This document shows positions 9,165-20,100 of a DNA stretch of 64,000 bases, one piece after another. The translations under genes and the position numbers were made by a program. Source of the DNA: a virus; the IMG/VR virus record IMGVR_UViG_3300049324_000002, positions 64,001-128,000 of that record; one strand, written 5' to 3'. The number at the start of each line of letters is the position of its first letter. The stretch's first letter is position 1. The notes under the pieces were generated by a model. It saw nothing but the letters and a program-made list of their open reading frames with translations. It made no database searches and was not told the origin of the DNA.

Positions 9165-9451
9165 TACGAATTGTAAAAACGAATGATCTTAACATCAGGA
9201 GGCAACTCAGATAAAATAACTTCTAACCCATCGCGCATAAACTCATCCGACCACTCACGAACACAAGAAACATAATCAGGATCAAGAGGCAAAATCACAC
9301 CCTCAGGATCAGGCTCATGCCCATCAAAAAAGTTATCTAACTCTCGAGTAATAGGAAGACCAGCCGCAACCAAAGCATCATGGGCAGCCTTCATCCTCAA
9401 CCAACGCTCATCGGGAGGACGAATAGCCACCACATGCTTACTCATACTCAC
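9161..9451 (-). CDS. hypothetical phage protein
   Basis: Complete ORF overlapping neighbour by 4 nt. Confidence 0.7.
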   Translation of the reverse strand: MSMSKHVVAIRPPDERWLRMKAAHDALVAAGLPITRELDNFFDGHEPDPEGVILPLDPDYVSCVREWSDEFMRDGLEVILSELPPDVKIIRFYNSY

Positions 9452-9601
9452 TGCACAATCCCGTTACCATTATACTTCAACAACATATCTACAGCAGCAA
9501 CCTGATGAGGATAAAAAACTAGACCACGTGCCAACGTATTATAATGAGGTCCAAACAAAAGAATCATTCGATCCTTAAACTCATCGTCATTCTCAGGAAC
9601 T

Positions 9602-9868
9602 TTATCGAAAGTAGTCATCTAAAGTCTCCAACTCAAACTTAGAAGAAAAATCTATAGGAGTGAAAGCCTCGAAACTACCATCTAACCACTTCACGATAAA
9701 ATATCCTGTATACACAGTTCCATAGTCGTGTGGTAGCACAACCACCCAATGATCACCCAACCGACCAACCGAACCACCACACCACAACGCAACCTCAGTC
9801 AGATTCCGACTCGTCACCCGCACCGCTGGAACTGCCGGAAGGCCCGGCTTCGCCCTCAGTAACCGCAT
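9602..9868 (-). CDS. hypothetical phage protein
   Basis: EVA.WCGG ... G.FIVK..DG.F...P..F...FE pattern; CGGTAGGA upstream. Confidence 0.7.
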   Translation of the reverse strand: MRLLRAKPGLPAVPAVRVTSRNLTEVALWCGGSVGRLGDHWVVVLPHDYGTVYTGYFIVKWLDGSFEAFTPIDFSSKFELETLDDYFR

Positions 9869-10082
9869 GACCCTGTCCTACCGCAAGCAACTCATCAAGC
9901 TGATCGTCTTCAGCCATAATATAGAGATAAAACGCAGCCTGCAGACAAATAGTAGCCTCGGTCATAACCTCAAGACGATGAACACCATGACCTAGAGAAT
10001 TAGTCTCCTCCATACAATCCATTGCTCGCCAAAACAACTCACGATGATCAGGAACAAACCTCGAAACAGACATCACTAACCC

Positions 10083-10706
10083 TCAATCCTTCTCAATAGA
10101 AATTAAAACTTCATCACACCGTCGAATAGCTCTCTTCGCTGCAAGAACCTGTCGACCCTCAGTGGGAAAATCCTTCAAAGGACCACCCAGAGCCAACAAT
10201 CCACGTAAAGCATGCGCCGCATCCTCAATAACACCCACAACCTCCGAGTCAACAGAAGGCAACGACCCAGGCCCGGACGGGAAACACTCAGCGTGGACAG
10301 CAAGAAACTCGTCAGTAACCTCACGCCTCGTTCGTACCACACCAAACCGAGCCAACAACTCACTCTCAGACAACGACCCAGTCAGCTCCCAAGCACCATC
10401 AAGAGTACGATCCCACATCTGAATACTATCAGAATAGCCTGTATATACTAGAAGATAATCCTCTGGGATAGACTCACCATAACGAATCACCGACTTACTA
10501 CGACCAGTCAACGCTCGCTCCAAGGCAGTCGTCAACGACGACCAAGCCTCATCACTCAAGGAATTAAGAGTCCCCTGACGCAGCCGCGCCAACTCAGCCT
10601 GAACCTGAGACATGATCTTATCATCCATGACTTGTCCTACCCACCCCAAGCCCACTGAATAGGTGCAGCCAACGAAATCTTCGAACCACAAAACACACAC
10701 CGCCAC
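10083..10706 (-). CDS. hypothetical protein (start probably 10628, MDDK)
   Basis: GGGTAGGA upstream of internal ATG. Confidence 0.6.
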   Translation of the reverse strand: MAVCVLWFEDFVGCTYSVGLGWVGQVMDDKIMSQVQAELARLRQGTLNSLSDEAWSSLTTALERALTGRSKSVIRYGESIPEDYLLVYTGYSDSIQMWDRTLDGAWELTGSLSESELLARFGVVRTRREVTDEFLAVHAECFPSGPGSLPSVDSEVVGVIEDAAHALRGLLALGGPLKDFPTEGRQVLAAKRAIRRCDEVLISIEKD

Positions 10707-10828
10707 TCAGGAAGCTCCACCACACCCGGGACGACCGGGCGCAACACCACAACCCACTCAATACCATAACGTTGGCACGACTCATCCGTGCAAACAATCG
10801 TCACACGAATAGTAGGAACCAACTCCAT
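10637..10828 (-). CDS. zinc-ribbon protein
   Basis: CTDESC ... CVFCG. Confidence 0.6.
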   Translation of the reverse strand: MELVPTIRVTIVCTDESCQRYGIEWVVVLRPVVPGVVELPEWRCVFCGSKISLAAPIQWAWGG

Positions 10829-11151
10829 TACGACAACCTCTGCTTATAAGCAAGCTCGCCAGTACACTCAGAATCAACCAAAATACGCAACCAAAGAGGC
10901 TGACTAGAGATATCAATAATCTCTATGCAGCTCACAAATTTACCATCAACCCCAGATACCATACCACGAACAAAAACACGAATACCCCACGTACCGCCAG
11001 ACCCTTTATCACTGCGCAAAAAATACTGAATATCAACACCACTAACATCAATGTCACGATGATAAATGAAATCGCGAACAAGGTCACAATCCGTCACACT
11101 AGCGGCAACACGCCTACTAGCATTAACGCTCTGAACCTTAACGTTACCCAT
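10828..11151 (-). CDS. PxW-tail paralog family A, member
   Basis: W.I.V...G ... QPLWLRILVD. Confidence 0.7.
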   Translation of the reverse strand: MGNVKVQSVNASRRVAASVTDCDLVRDFIYHRDIDVSGVDIQYFLRSDKGSGGTWGIRVFVRGMVSGVDGKFVSCIEIIDISSQPLWLRILVDSECTGELAYKQRLS

Positions 11152-11467
11152 TATGATAATCTCGAATCTTGTGCACACCCGGGACAACGGCCAGCGGCTT
11201 ATGCTGCTGAACAAACACACTCAACCAATCAAACTGAGGATTACTAGGAATACCGCCAACGTCGAAATTCAGGAAACTACTCTTACCAAACACAGTAACC
11301 CTATACATTCGCCACTCACCATGCATCTCCCGCTCATACACCACACGAACAGAAGTAGCATCCCACGAACGAATACCAGGACAACCGGTGTCTATTATAG
11401 CTCCATCAACACTAGCAATGATCTCACACAACTCATTAACTTCAGTTACAATAGTTTTCACTCCCAC
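11144..11467 (-). CDS. paralog family A, member
   Basis: V.V.Y.R...G.W....V.V.G ... FDWLSVFVQQHKP. Confidence 0.7.
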   Translation of the reverse strand: MGVKTIVTEVNELCEIIASVDGAIIDTGCPGIRSWDATSVRVVYEREMHGEWRMYRVTVFGKSSFLNFDVGGIPSNPQFDWLSVFVQQHKPLAVVPGVHKIRDYHNG

Positions 11468-11781
11468 GAAGACACCAACTCACCAGACAACGAATTAGAA
11501 GTATAAGCAGGCATACCCTTAGGGCGTGGCCAAAAATTCTCCACCAACTCACACAACCACGCTGGCAAGCTCGAATCAGGCCAATAAAAAGTAACACTAG
11601 GACCACGATTAAGAGTACGAATAGAATCAACACACCACGAACCATTAATACTACGAGTATACGTAACAACAACCGCACTGGTCTCTAATCGCTTACCGCC
11701 TAAAGGAACCCACGCGCCTCCCCTAATACTGGCAGAAAACGCACGAGTCTCCTCAAAACCATCAACCTCATAAGTAATCAC
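11458..11781 (-). CDS. paralog family A, member
   Basis: V.VTYTR...GSW.V ... LPAWLCELVENFWP. Confidence 0.7.
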   Translation of the reverse strand: MITYEVDGFEETRAFSASIRGGAWVPLGGKRLETSAVVVTYTRSINGSWCVDSIRTLNRGPSVTFYWPDSSLPAWLCELVENFWPRPKGMPAYTSNSLSGELVSSWE

Positions 11782-12113
11782 TCTTCATCCACACCCAACG
11801 CAACATCCAAAGGATAAGTCGGACCAGTAGGAGTGTTGTTAAGTATAAAATCAAGCAACCACTGAGGCTGGTCAGACATAAAAAGAGACTCGCCACCCTT
11901 ACATTTAGTATTAACAGAACCATCAGCATTGATAGGGTAATACCTCACCCACACACCCCAACAACGCCAACGGCCCTCAGTACGCTCATAAACAGCTTCG
12001 ATCTCCGTAACATCAACCAACGTATGCTCAATAGCAGAACGAACAGGCTCCTCATTCTCCACATCAGCATAAGCAACATACTTAGAAAGACGATCACGCA
12101 GCTTCACCGTCAT
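11778..12113 (-). CDS. paralog family A, member
   Basis: AVYER.EGRW ... QPQWLLDFILNNTP. Confidence 0.7.
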   Translation of the reverse strand: MTVKLRDRLSKYVAYADVENEEPVRSAIEHTLVDVTEIEAVYERTEGRWRCWGVWVRYYPINADGSVNTKCKGGESLFMSDQPQWLLDFILNNTPTGPTYPLDVALGVDEE

Positions 12114-12138
12114 GATTTACTCCTCGAAAGATCAGCCA

Positions 12139-12432
12139 TCACACAGGCATATTATCTTGGATAAACTGTCGTACCCAATCAGGCTGATCCCGTCGAGGCA
12201 ACGGCACCGTCGACGGCAACAAACTCAACCGACCATCATCGAAAACCCACCGCCCCGTCACCTGCGGAGCCCGCACCTGCCAATGCCCATGACCATCAAC
12301 TCGTCGCGAAAACGAGATCTTAATGCTACTCACAAGAAGTGAAGGAGAGTTAGACAAAAACTTAATCGGCTCCTCGTCAAAGACCATAGCTCGCACTTCG
12401 AACATCGCAGTAACAGACTCAGGATCTATCAT
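12139..12432 (-). CDS. paralog family A, member
   Basis: ISFSR...GHW.V ... QPDWVRQFIQDNMP. Confidence 0.7.
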   Translation of the reverse strand: MIDPESVTAMFEVRAMVFDEEPIKFLSNSPSLLVSSIKISFSRRVDGHGHWQVRAPQVTGRWVFDDGRLSLLPSTVPLPRRDQPDWVRQFIQDNMPV

Positions 12433-12440
12433 ACCTAGTC

Positions 12441-12677
12441 CTACCCGGCAGTGACGGCGCTTGCCCAATACTTACAATGGTTACGCTGGATCACCTCACG
12501 TGACGGACCGCTCAACACCAGAATCTCCACCTCAGGATAAGCAGAATACTGAGGTTCCAACGAAAAACGATATCTCAACGCAATATCTGAATCATCGAAA
12601 GTAGCCTCACCAAGTAACTTACTCTGAATACGATCATAAACAACCAGTATATTAACTGCCTGACTCATCCAAATCAC
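12441..12677 (-). CDS. hypothetical actinobacterial-type protein
   Basis: LVVYDR....L.....F.D...A...RF.LE......EI.VL...S........H..Y. Confidence 0.65.
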   Translation of the reverse strand: MIWMSQAVNILVVYDRIQSKLLGEATFDDSDIALRYRFSLEPQYSAYPEVEILVLSGPSREVIQRNHCKYWASAVTAG

Positions 12678-13071
12678 GCTCCCACATAGCTAACTCCGCA
12701 GCATTCTTGCCCATACTCTTCACTTTAGGCGCCCAATGCGTGGCCAACGCAATAGCCTCCTGCTCACCAAAACGATGGTCATCTAACCATTGATCGTAAG
12801 ACTCACCGTCAGCACAACCATCACTCCACCAACCATCACGACCTAAAAACGAACCCTCATGCGTAACCGACCACCGCTCAAAACCACGATGCTCAACCTT
12901 AATCACCCAATGACGCCTATTAATATTATTAAAAGGAACGCAACACACTTCATACGAAGCAATCCTAAAATCAACTTTAGGCGTTTTCTGCGTCATAATC
13001 AGCTCGATCCTTCTCCTCGTACTGAGCATGCTCAAAAGCAAGATGTGCATCTTCACCCATAATACGAACAC
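12652..13071 (-). CDS. hypothetical phage protein (start probably 12996)
   Basis: VEHRG..RW.V...G..L..DG.W motif. Confidence 0.65.
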   Translation of the reverse strand: MFVLWVKMHILLLSMLSTRRRIELIMTQKTPKVDFRIASYEVCCVPFNNINRRHWVIKVEHRGFERWSVTHEGSFLGRDGWWSDGCADGESYDQWLDDHRFGEQEAIALATHWAPKVKSMGKNAAELAMWERDLDESGS

Positions 13072-13339
13072 ACTTCACACAAATCTCATAATCACAAAAC
13101 ACATCAATGTAACGATCCTCAAACGCTGGGGACGTCGACCCCACCCAACCACACAACGACACCACAGGACCATGCATCAACGCCATCATTGGCTGCGGAG
13201 GCTTCAACCCATAAGGAGCCAAAAACCGCGTCCACGCACGCTCCCGCATACCCGGATCGGAGGCGACGATATGCACCATCCCCGTCCGACCATTACGAAC
13301 AAACTCAGGCTCCTCATCAGGCGCGTGCGTAACCATCAC
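12977..13339 (-). CDS. putative Zn-binding protein
   Basis: G.VH ... SLCG ... C.KC. Confidence 0.65.
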   Translation of the reverse strand: MMVTHAPDEEPEFVRNGRTGMVHIVASDPGMRERAWTRFLAPYGLKPPQPMMALMHGPVVSLCGWVGSTSPAFEDRYIDVFCDYEICVKCVRIMGEDAHLAFEHAQYEEKDRADYDAENA

Positions 13340-14328
13340 TTACCAGTCTTCCGCTCCACATAATCAGCAATCTTCCTCAAAGAAGTACCGCGATCATTCA
13401 TACGCATAACATCCTTAAGAAGCTTATCCCCATATACCTCACGTGCCTTATCCATAGCAGGATGCTTCCTGCCATTCCTACCTCTAGGGCCATCATAAGG
13501 CTGAATCTCTTCAAGCAAATGATCAACGCCACACCTATCATCACTATGCATGTTGACAGCAGTCTCTAAGCTACCGCCATACATAGCATCAGCTAGCAAA
13601 TCATAATGACCACCCTGCCACATACCAACTGCCTGACTAGAATTCTTATTGCGCAACCCAGACAACCAACGATCTGTCAAATCAGCAGAATCATCACTAG
13701 ATACTTCTTCTGCAGGGATATCAGTCGGCATCCTCAATGTAGATGTCATACCAAACAATGTCCCTACTTTTGGGGCCGCATCACCACCAGCCTTAGGCTT
13801 GTCAGGACTAGCCTCTGCAGGCTTCTCGACCTTCGACACCGGCTGACTCGCCGTCGACCCACTAGAACCGCCCACAGCACGGGCCAGCACCCACACCAGA
13901 CCGAGCACCAAGCCGCCCCCAACAACCGGGCCAATCGTCGAACCGAAGCCCGCCACGACCGCCCCAGCAACGTACAACACGTGAAACACAGACATCAAAG
14001 ACTGCCAAATAAGATACCCAATATACGCAGCGAATGCGCCAACACCCGTAACCAACCCAAAAAGCAAAGCCTCAGACCAAGGAAAATAACGAACCCAATC
14101 CAACCGCGAATCAGATTTACTAACAGGCTTATCAACAACAGGTGCATCTACAACCTGCTCGACAACCTCGCCCTCCACCACCAACGGCTGCGCGACCACC
14201 AACTCCGCACCAGACGGACCCGGCTTAGGGAAACCAGGCAACGGACCAACAGTAACAATAACCTCAGGAACAATAACCTCAGGCTCGTCAACCTCACGAA
14301 CAGGCTTAGGCTTTGGATCAGTGCTCAC
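13336..14328 (-). CDS. membrane protein with Pro-rich N-terminus
   Basis: 330 aa, central hydrophobic helices, C-terminal MND.G.S...IADY.E motif. Confidence 0.8.
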   Translation of the reverse strand: MSTDPKPKPVREVDEPEVIVPEVIVTVGPLPGFPKPGPSGAELVVAQPLVVEGEVVEQVVDAPVVDKPVSKSDSRLDWVRYFPWSEALLFGLVTGVGAFAAYIGYLIWQSLMSVFHVLYVAGAVVAGFGSTIGPVVGGGLVLGLVWVLARAVGGSSGSTASQPVSKVEKPAEASPDKPKAGGDAAPKVGTLFGMTSTLRMPTDIPAEEVSSDDSADLTDRWLSGLRNKNSSQAVGMWQGGHYDLLADAMYGGSLETAVNMHSDDRCGVDHLLEEIQPYDGPRGRNGRKHPAMDKAREVYGDKLLKDVMRMNDRGTSLRKIADYVERKTGK

Positions 14329-14358
14329 GGCATCCTCGATCTGAAGTATAATACTAAT

Positions 14359-14898
14359 TTATCCGTACGAACAACACACGTGCCAACCAGGAGTACCAAT
14401 TACAGGAACACGCAAATCCAACAAAGCAACAAAATCACGCATCTGAGTATTCCACTCAGGGCGAGCATTCAAGGCATTCAACTGAACACAACCCCAATCA
14501 GGAGTCTCCTGCACCGACTCCCTAATCCTCACACAATAAGCAGGTTCATCACGATAACCATACTCAGCAAAATCTACATTCAAATCTTCAATAATACGTT
14601 TCTGCCTATCACGATTAGCCGTATAATCCTTAAACTCAGCAGTATTGTAAAATATCGCGTTGGCAGCAAGTCTTTCCTCACGACTACAAGGATAACTAAT
14701 ATCTAAAGAAGAAGGACGTACAGGTCTAGAAACAGGAACCCAACCCAACTTCTTAGATACAACATCGCGCCAATCCTCGGAATCAGAACCATCCGCAGGC
14801 TCCATCCACAAAGGCTTAAAATCCTCTGACGTATGAGGATCAAACATATCCCCTAGATTCCAACCCCAAAACACAGTAGCTGACGCAGCATCACTCAC
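14359..14898 (-). CDS. hypothetical protein
   Basis: 179-aa ORF; A..FWG ... PGW....SYG termini typical of a phage family. Confidence 0.75.
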   Translation of the reverse strand: MSDAASATVFWGWNLGDMFDPHTSEDFKPLWMEPADGSDSEDWRDVVSKKLGWVPVSRPVRPSSLDISYPCSREERLAANAIFYNTAEFKDYTANRDRQKRIIEDLNVDFAEYGYRDEPAYCVRIRESVQETPDWGCVQLNALNARPEWNTQMRDFVALLDLRVPVIGTPGWHVCCSYG

Positions 14899-15108
14899 TA
14901 CTTCCTCCTCAAAAGTCTGACACGACGAATAGAACGCTTACTCCACACATCATCATGGTCATCGACTTCAGTCAAAGAAACAAGCACAAGATGACTATCA
15001 AAAGACCACACATCAAAATAATTATCTGCCAAATCAGGACTATGTGATTCGTGCCGAAACACACTACCATCACGATACTTGACCTTAACTTTATACATTT
15101 TCATAAGA

Positions 15109-15471
15109 TCACGGACCTACAGCAACAAACTTCTCGCAATGATAAACATCCGAACGATCAGTAGGCTCCGCAACCCTCTCCCACTCCACAGGAGTACGAC
15201 CACACATCGAAATCAACACCAACGGACAACCCACCGACGACGACCCAGCACGGAACGCCGCGTCATGACGACAATTACCGCACCACCGACCAGTCCAAAT
15301 CAAACCCTCATCTGAATTAGAGAACGGGGAACCCTCTATAGCCAGGCTCCACGTATCCTCCAACACCTCTAAATCCCCAGGGAGCGGCTCACCCGGCCCA
15401 GCAACATAAGGATCCGAAACCTCACTCATCGTCCATCCCTCCATAACGTAGACTCGTGTTTGTCCGCGCAT
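15109..15471 (-). CDS. Cys-containing hypothetical protein (start probably 15429)
   Basis: FSN..EG..W..RWC..C..D ... CP ... C..F. Confidence 0.65.
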   Translation of the reverse strand: MRGQTRVYVMEGWTMSEVSDPYVAGPGEPLPGDLEVLEDTWSLAIEGSPFSNSDEGLIWTGRWCGNCRHDAAFRAGSSSVGCPLVLISMCGRTPVEWERVAEPTDRSDVYHCEKFVAVGP

Positions 15472-15622
15472 TCAGCGCACACACGCACCCATCTACCCGC
15501 TACCAACACCAAAGCCTCAAGCTCACCATGCTCCACTGGCCCTGACCGGCCAGTTCTCGACTCAAACGGACAACGAACAAAATCATCGTCATCCAACTCA
15601 CCCAAAGGATTTACTGCTGACA

Positions 15623-15934
15623 TCACGAAACCCCAGGCATCTGCTTAGCAATCCAATCAAGCAGCCACTTAGGCTGAAAGCATTTGTTGTGCAAAGATAT
15701 AGTAATCATATCAGGAGGAACCCATCCATCAGGATCATCCCGAACTTCATCAAAAAAGCCAGTCACTAAAACAGAATCCACACGCCACCGCACGTCACGA
15801 CGCGCGAAGTTAACCTCAACCTCTACCACATCAAATAACGGACCATGAATCGACAACCGAATAGGATCCTGATCAATCACAGAAGCAACAATAGTCTGTG
15901 CACCACGAATACTCGTCAACTGAAAAGCCATCAC
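15623..15934 (-). CDS. paralog family A, member
   Basis: V.F.R....W.V.SV.V.G ... QPKWLLDWIAKQMP. Confidence 0.7.
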   Translation of the reverse strand: MMAFQLTSIRGAQTIVASVIDQDPIRLSIHGPLFDVVEVEVNFARRDVRWRVDSVLVTGFFDEVRDDPDGWVPPDMITISLHNKCFQPKWLLDWIAKQMPGVS

Positions 15935-16239
15935 GAAATCCCACCCGCTGGCTTACGCTCCATCACCCAAGACCACAACCAACCCTTAATACCATCAGGG
16001 AACAACATATGGTCCGTCTCATAAGCGCGAACACCATCTTCACTCATCAAAAAACCAGCAACCCTCACAGCATCCACACACCACTCGCTGCCAGTCAACT
16101 GACTACATTTATAGTCAACGCGAAATCTAGTGACAAGCAACTGCTCGCGGCGAGCCGGGAAAAGCGAAATAGGAGGCATCTCCTCGACCTCCGTATAAAC
16201 GGAGTGAGTGCCAGCCAGACTCACGACCTTAATACCCAT
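15931..16239 (-). CDS. paralog family A, member
   Basis: VDY......EW.V..V.V.G ... GWLWSWVMERKP. Confidence 0.7.
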   Translation of the reverse strand: MGIKVVSLAGTHSVYTEVEEMPPISLFPARREQLLVTRFRVDYKCSQLTGSEWCVDAVRVAGFLMSEDGVRAYETDHMLFPDGIKGWLWSWVMERKPAGGIS

Positions 16240-16242
16240 GAC

Positions 16243-16614
16243 CTATCCTACCGCAGGCACGTCAGGACGATGCTCCTCAGCAAAATCCAACAACCAACCC
16301 GGGACCCTGTCCGGCAACACCTCAATCTCCACACAACCTAAATCATAACCAATAGGAACACCACTCGCGCGTGCGTAACTACCTCGCGCTTTCAACATAA
16401 AAGTAGTCCAAACAGCAGACCCTGGCTCACGACGATAATGAACAGACACAGCATTAGGCAAAAACTTCAAATCCATAATATCAGAAGGAACACTCAAAAT
16501 AGGCTCACCAACCACAGACCCTGACACCACATGCCTCTCCGCAACACGCGCATGATACAAACTAAACGGAGGGGTAATCGTCGTGTAAGTAACATCCGTG
16601 ATTCTTATCGTCAT
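16243..16614 (-). CDS. paralog family A, member
   Basis: VHYRR.....W ... VPGWLLDFAEEHRP. Confidence 0.7.
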   Translation of the reverse strand: MTIRITDVTYTTITPPFSLYHARVAERHVVSGSVVGEPILSVPSDIMDLKFLPNAVSVHYRREPGSAVWTTFMLKARGSYARASGVPIGYDLGCVEIEVLPDRVPGWLLDFAEEHRPDVPAVG

Positions 16615-16773
16615 CGTCGTCCTTGATCTCATAGAACTCAGTATCACCATAAACACACTCGAAAGACTCTTCGCCGCGATCCGCTTTCTCTAACACACGC
16701 TCACGCAGGAACGCCTTACTAGAACCCTCCGGAGCCTCTACCACAGTACAAATAACAGACTCCTGCGATACAA

Positions 16774-17106
16774 TCACTCGGAAACGCATCGTGACCCCGT
16801 CTCCGTAGGCGAAAACCGAAACACCAAATCAACAACCCAGGTATTCGACAACTCATGATTATCAAAATGAAGATAAGTTGGAAGAGAACCAATACCACTA
16901 CCGTCAGAACGAACCATCATACCAGATATCTTCACATCGACAACCTCCCACACACCACCAGTTTTATCTGCCCTAGCGTATTTAATCTCCAAAAAATCAA
17001 CTTCGATAAACAACGGAGGATTAGTACCAGGAATATGCAATTTATCAAAACCATCAACATTTAATTTAACAGTGCAAGTAGCAGACGCACTAGATACATT
17101 AGACAC
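16774..17106 (-). CDS. paralog family A, member (first gene after the array)
   Basis: IKYAR.....VWEV..V.ISG...RSDG ... TWVVDLVFRFSP; SD AAGGAG. Confidence 0.7.
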   Translation of the reverse strand: MSNVSSASATCTVKLNVDGFDKLHIPGTNPPLFIEVDFLEIKYARADKTGGVWEVVDVKISGMMVRSDGSGIGSLPTYLHFDNHELSNTWVVDLVFRFSPTETGSRCVSE

Positions 17107-17109
17107 AAC

Positions 17110-20100
17110 AAACTCCTTCGTAACGTCGGAAAGGAAAAGACGGGAATCGCACTGACCCGGGAAGTCGGATGAGAACTGAAGTGGAAACGAATGGTCGGGC
17201 TCGAGTAGTCGAGTAGAACTGAATGGACGTGCATAGTCGGAACCGATTGGAAGGGAATAGACACGATCTGAGTAGTCGAATCGACGCGATCCGGCCAGGA
17301 ATGGAGTAGTCGGTAAAGAATAGACTCGACACGTAAAGACAGAAGCGATCAGTCGAAACGACCGGGCACGAAACGCAGTGACGTGGCTTGTCGGAAAGAA
17401 CGGAAGTGCGCCGCCAGGAGTAGTCGAGCCGATCGGATGCGATAGGGCGTGACGTGGCTTGTCGGTGATGGCCAGTAATGACCGGGGGCGACTCGTGTAG
17501 TCGGGTCAGACCAGACTCGCCTTGGACATGAGTAGTCGAAGGACCAGAAACGACTCGCCGTGACATGTCGTATTGTACCGACGTGATCCGCCTGGTCTCG
17601 AATCGCGAAGTCGGAGCTGGATGGGGGAGCGGAGAGAAGTCGGAGCTGAGTGGAACGGAGATGAGGAGTCAGTAGGGGACGACAAGATCTGAATGGTCGA
17701 ACAGAAACGACGAGATTTGTGCGGTCAAAAGAGTCGAAACGATCTGACCCGATCCGATTCGTCGCATTGCAGTGATTGGAACTGACTTGGCTGGTCGAAC
17801 AGAATCGAAAGGACATGGCTTGTCGACGGGAACGAGAGGGCTTGACTGGTCGATCGGAGTCGGACGGAGCTGGCTAGTCGAAATGAATCGCCCGGACCTG
17901 AAAGAAGTGACTTGTCGAACAGGCACGAAATGATATGGATTGTCGAACAGAATCGAAAGGACTTGACTGGTCGATGGAAATGAAAAGACGTGAGTTGGCT
18001 GGTCAAGCGACTCGACTAGGCTGGAACTGACTCGTCGGTAAAGGATCGTCAGGAATCGGAATGAGTAGTCGACAGGAATCGAATAGAGTAGACTCGTCAG
18101 ATCGGGATCGCTGGGATTCGAATAGACTTGTCGGAAAAGAGTAGACTTGACAGGACTAGACGTGAGTGGTCAGACAGTCATGGCTTGACTTGAAACGAGT
18201 GGTCGGTGCGGTCACGATCTGACTCGAAATGAGTGGTCAAAAAGAACTGACCTGACGAGACAGGGTTAGTCGAAAAGAACTGGCCTGACCCGGGGCGACC
18301 GGACGTGAGAAGTCAAGCGAATCGAACAGACATGTTAGTGACCGGATGTGTCGAATCGGCATGACCTGACTTGTAGTGAGAAGTCGAAACGTATCGAATC
18401 GAAAGCGATAGGCCTTGGAGTGTCAAACGAAGTGACTCGGCCAGGCGTGACTGGTCAACAGAATCGACTCGTTGACGAATAGTCAAAGTGGTTCGGATCG
18501 ATTCGCCTCGGCTCGCGTAGTCAACTGAGAAGGAAAGATCTGAATGGAAGAGTCGGACTGGAAACGTCGAGGGCTGACCTGAAACGAGTAGTCGGACTAG
18601 GAATGCCAAGAAACGATTAGCATCGAGTAGTCGGAATAGAATAGCTAAGGCAAGACAAGATCAGTCGGAACAGACAGGACTCGCAAAGGAACAGAAGTGC
18701 CATGAGTAGTCGGTCCGACGTGAATCGACAATGTTAGGAATAGTCGTACGGGGCCGATACGCCTCGACTTGAACTGTCGAAACGAAATGACTTGGCGGGC
18801 ATGGAGAAGTCGGTCTAGAAACGACAAGATCTGCAACGGCTAGTCAGATCGGAGGGAATTGACTGGTATGGAAGCGGGAAGTCGGATGGGGAATGACTGG
18901 ATTGGAAAGCGGGTAGTCACGCGAGACGAATCGACACGCATAGTCGAACAGACATGATAGGAAACGCGTCGAGTAGTCGTCAAGGACTGACCCGACACGA
19001 GTAGTCAAAAGGCACGCATCGTCTGGAAACGAGTAGTCAAACGGGGTGAATCGCCACGCACAGTCAACCGACTCGATCTGACCCGTAAGGAAACGAGTAG
19101 TCGGAAAGAAAGGAAGCGAAGACGGAACGCGTCGAGTAGTCGGAACGGATGAGTAATGAAATCGCATCGCCACGAGTAGTCGGCATGGCAGGGGAGAGGC
19201 GAGAGTAGTCGAAAGGACGTGAACCGATATGAATAGATTCGTCGTATCGAGCTGAGGGGATGAGAAACGCATCGCGTAGTCAGACGGGACTGGACATGAT
19301 TAGTCGGATAAGACGTGAGCGGTAAAGAGTAGTCGGAAGTGTGCCGCTAGGACCTGACACGTCAAGCGAACAGAGTCGATCTGACCCGTCAACAGAAGTG
19401 ACACGTAAAGAATAGTCGGACCCGGAAGGTAGGGAACGGACCTGACACGTCACCAGAGCAGAAGTGGCACGCAAAGAGTAGTCAACTGACACGGAGTGAG
19501 TGGACGTGGATAGCGTAGTCAATCGAGACGACCCGAAACGCAAGGAGAAGTCGGAAAAGATACGGACAGAAAGTGGATTGAGTAGTCATACGAGACGACA
19601 CGGAACGTAAGGAGAAGTCGTGCGATTCGAATCGATAGGAATCGAAGTAGAGTAGTCGAACGGACCCGACGTGGGAGGAAAAGGGCAGTCACCTGACCCG
19701 GCGCGGACCGAGCGGGAAAGAGTAGTCGAGGTGGAGAGCCCAGAATCGATCTGTCGAAGCGGACCGAACGGTCGTGAATTGAGTAGTCGTACTGAGTTGG
19801 AATCGAGTGGGAATGAGTAGTCAACTGAGCGGAATTGTACAGAGTAGTCAAACGAATCGAAGCGGTATCGCGCGGGAATGAGTAGTCGCACAGTATTGAG
19901 CGGGCTCGCGTTGAGTAGTCAACTGACACGAAGGGACGTGGCACGATCCGTCAGGTCACATCGCATCGAATAGACGTGAGTAGTCGAAACGAAGGGAAAC
20001 GACTCGGGTCGGCTCGAACAGAGATGTCGAAACGAATCGGCGGGATATGGAAAGTCGTAACGGGTCGGCGGGATGTGAGATGTCGAAAAGATAAGACACG

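Noticed and set aside
13606-14706. 366-aa plus-strand ORF
   Set aside because: Antisense shadow of the minus-strand membrane gene; T/N/R/H-rich composition caused by strand bias.
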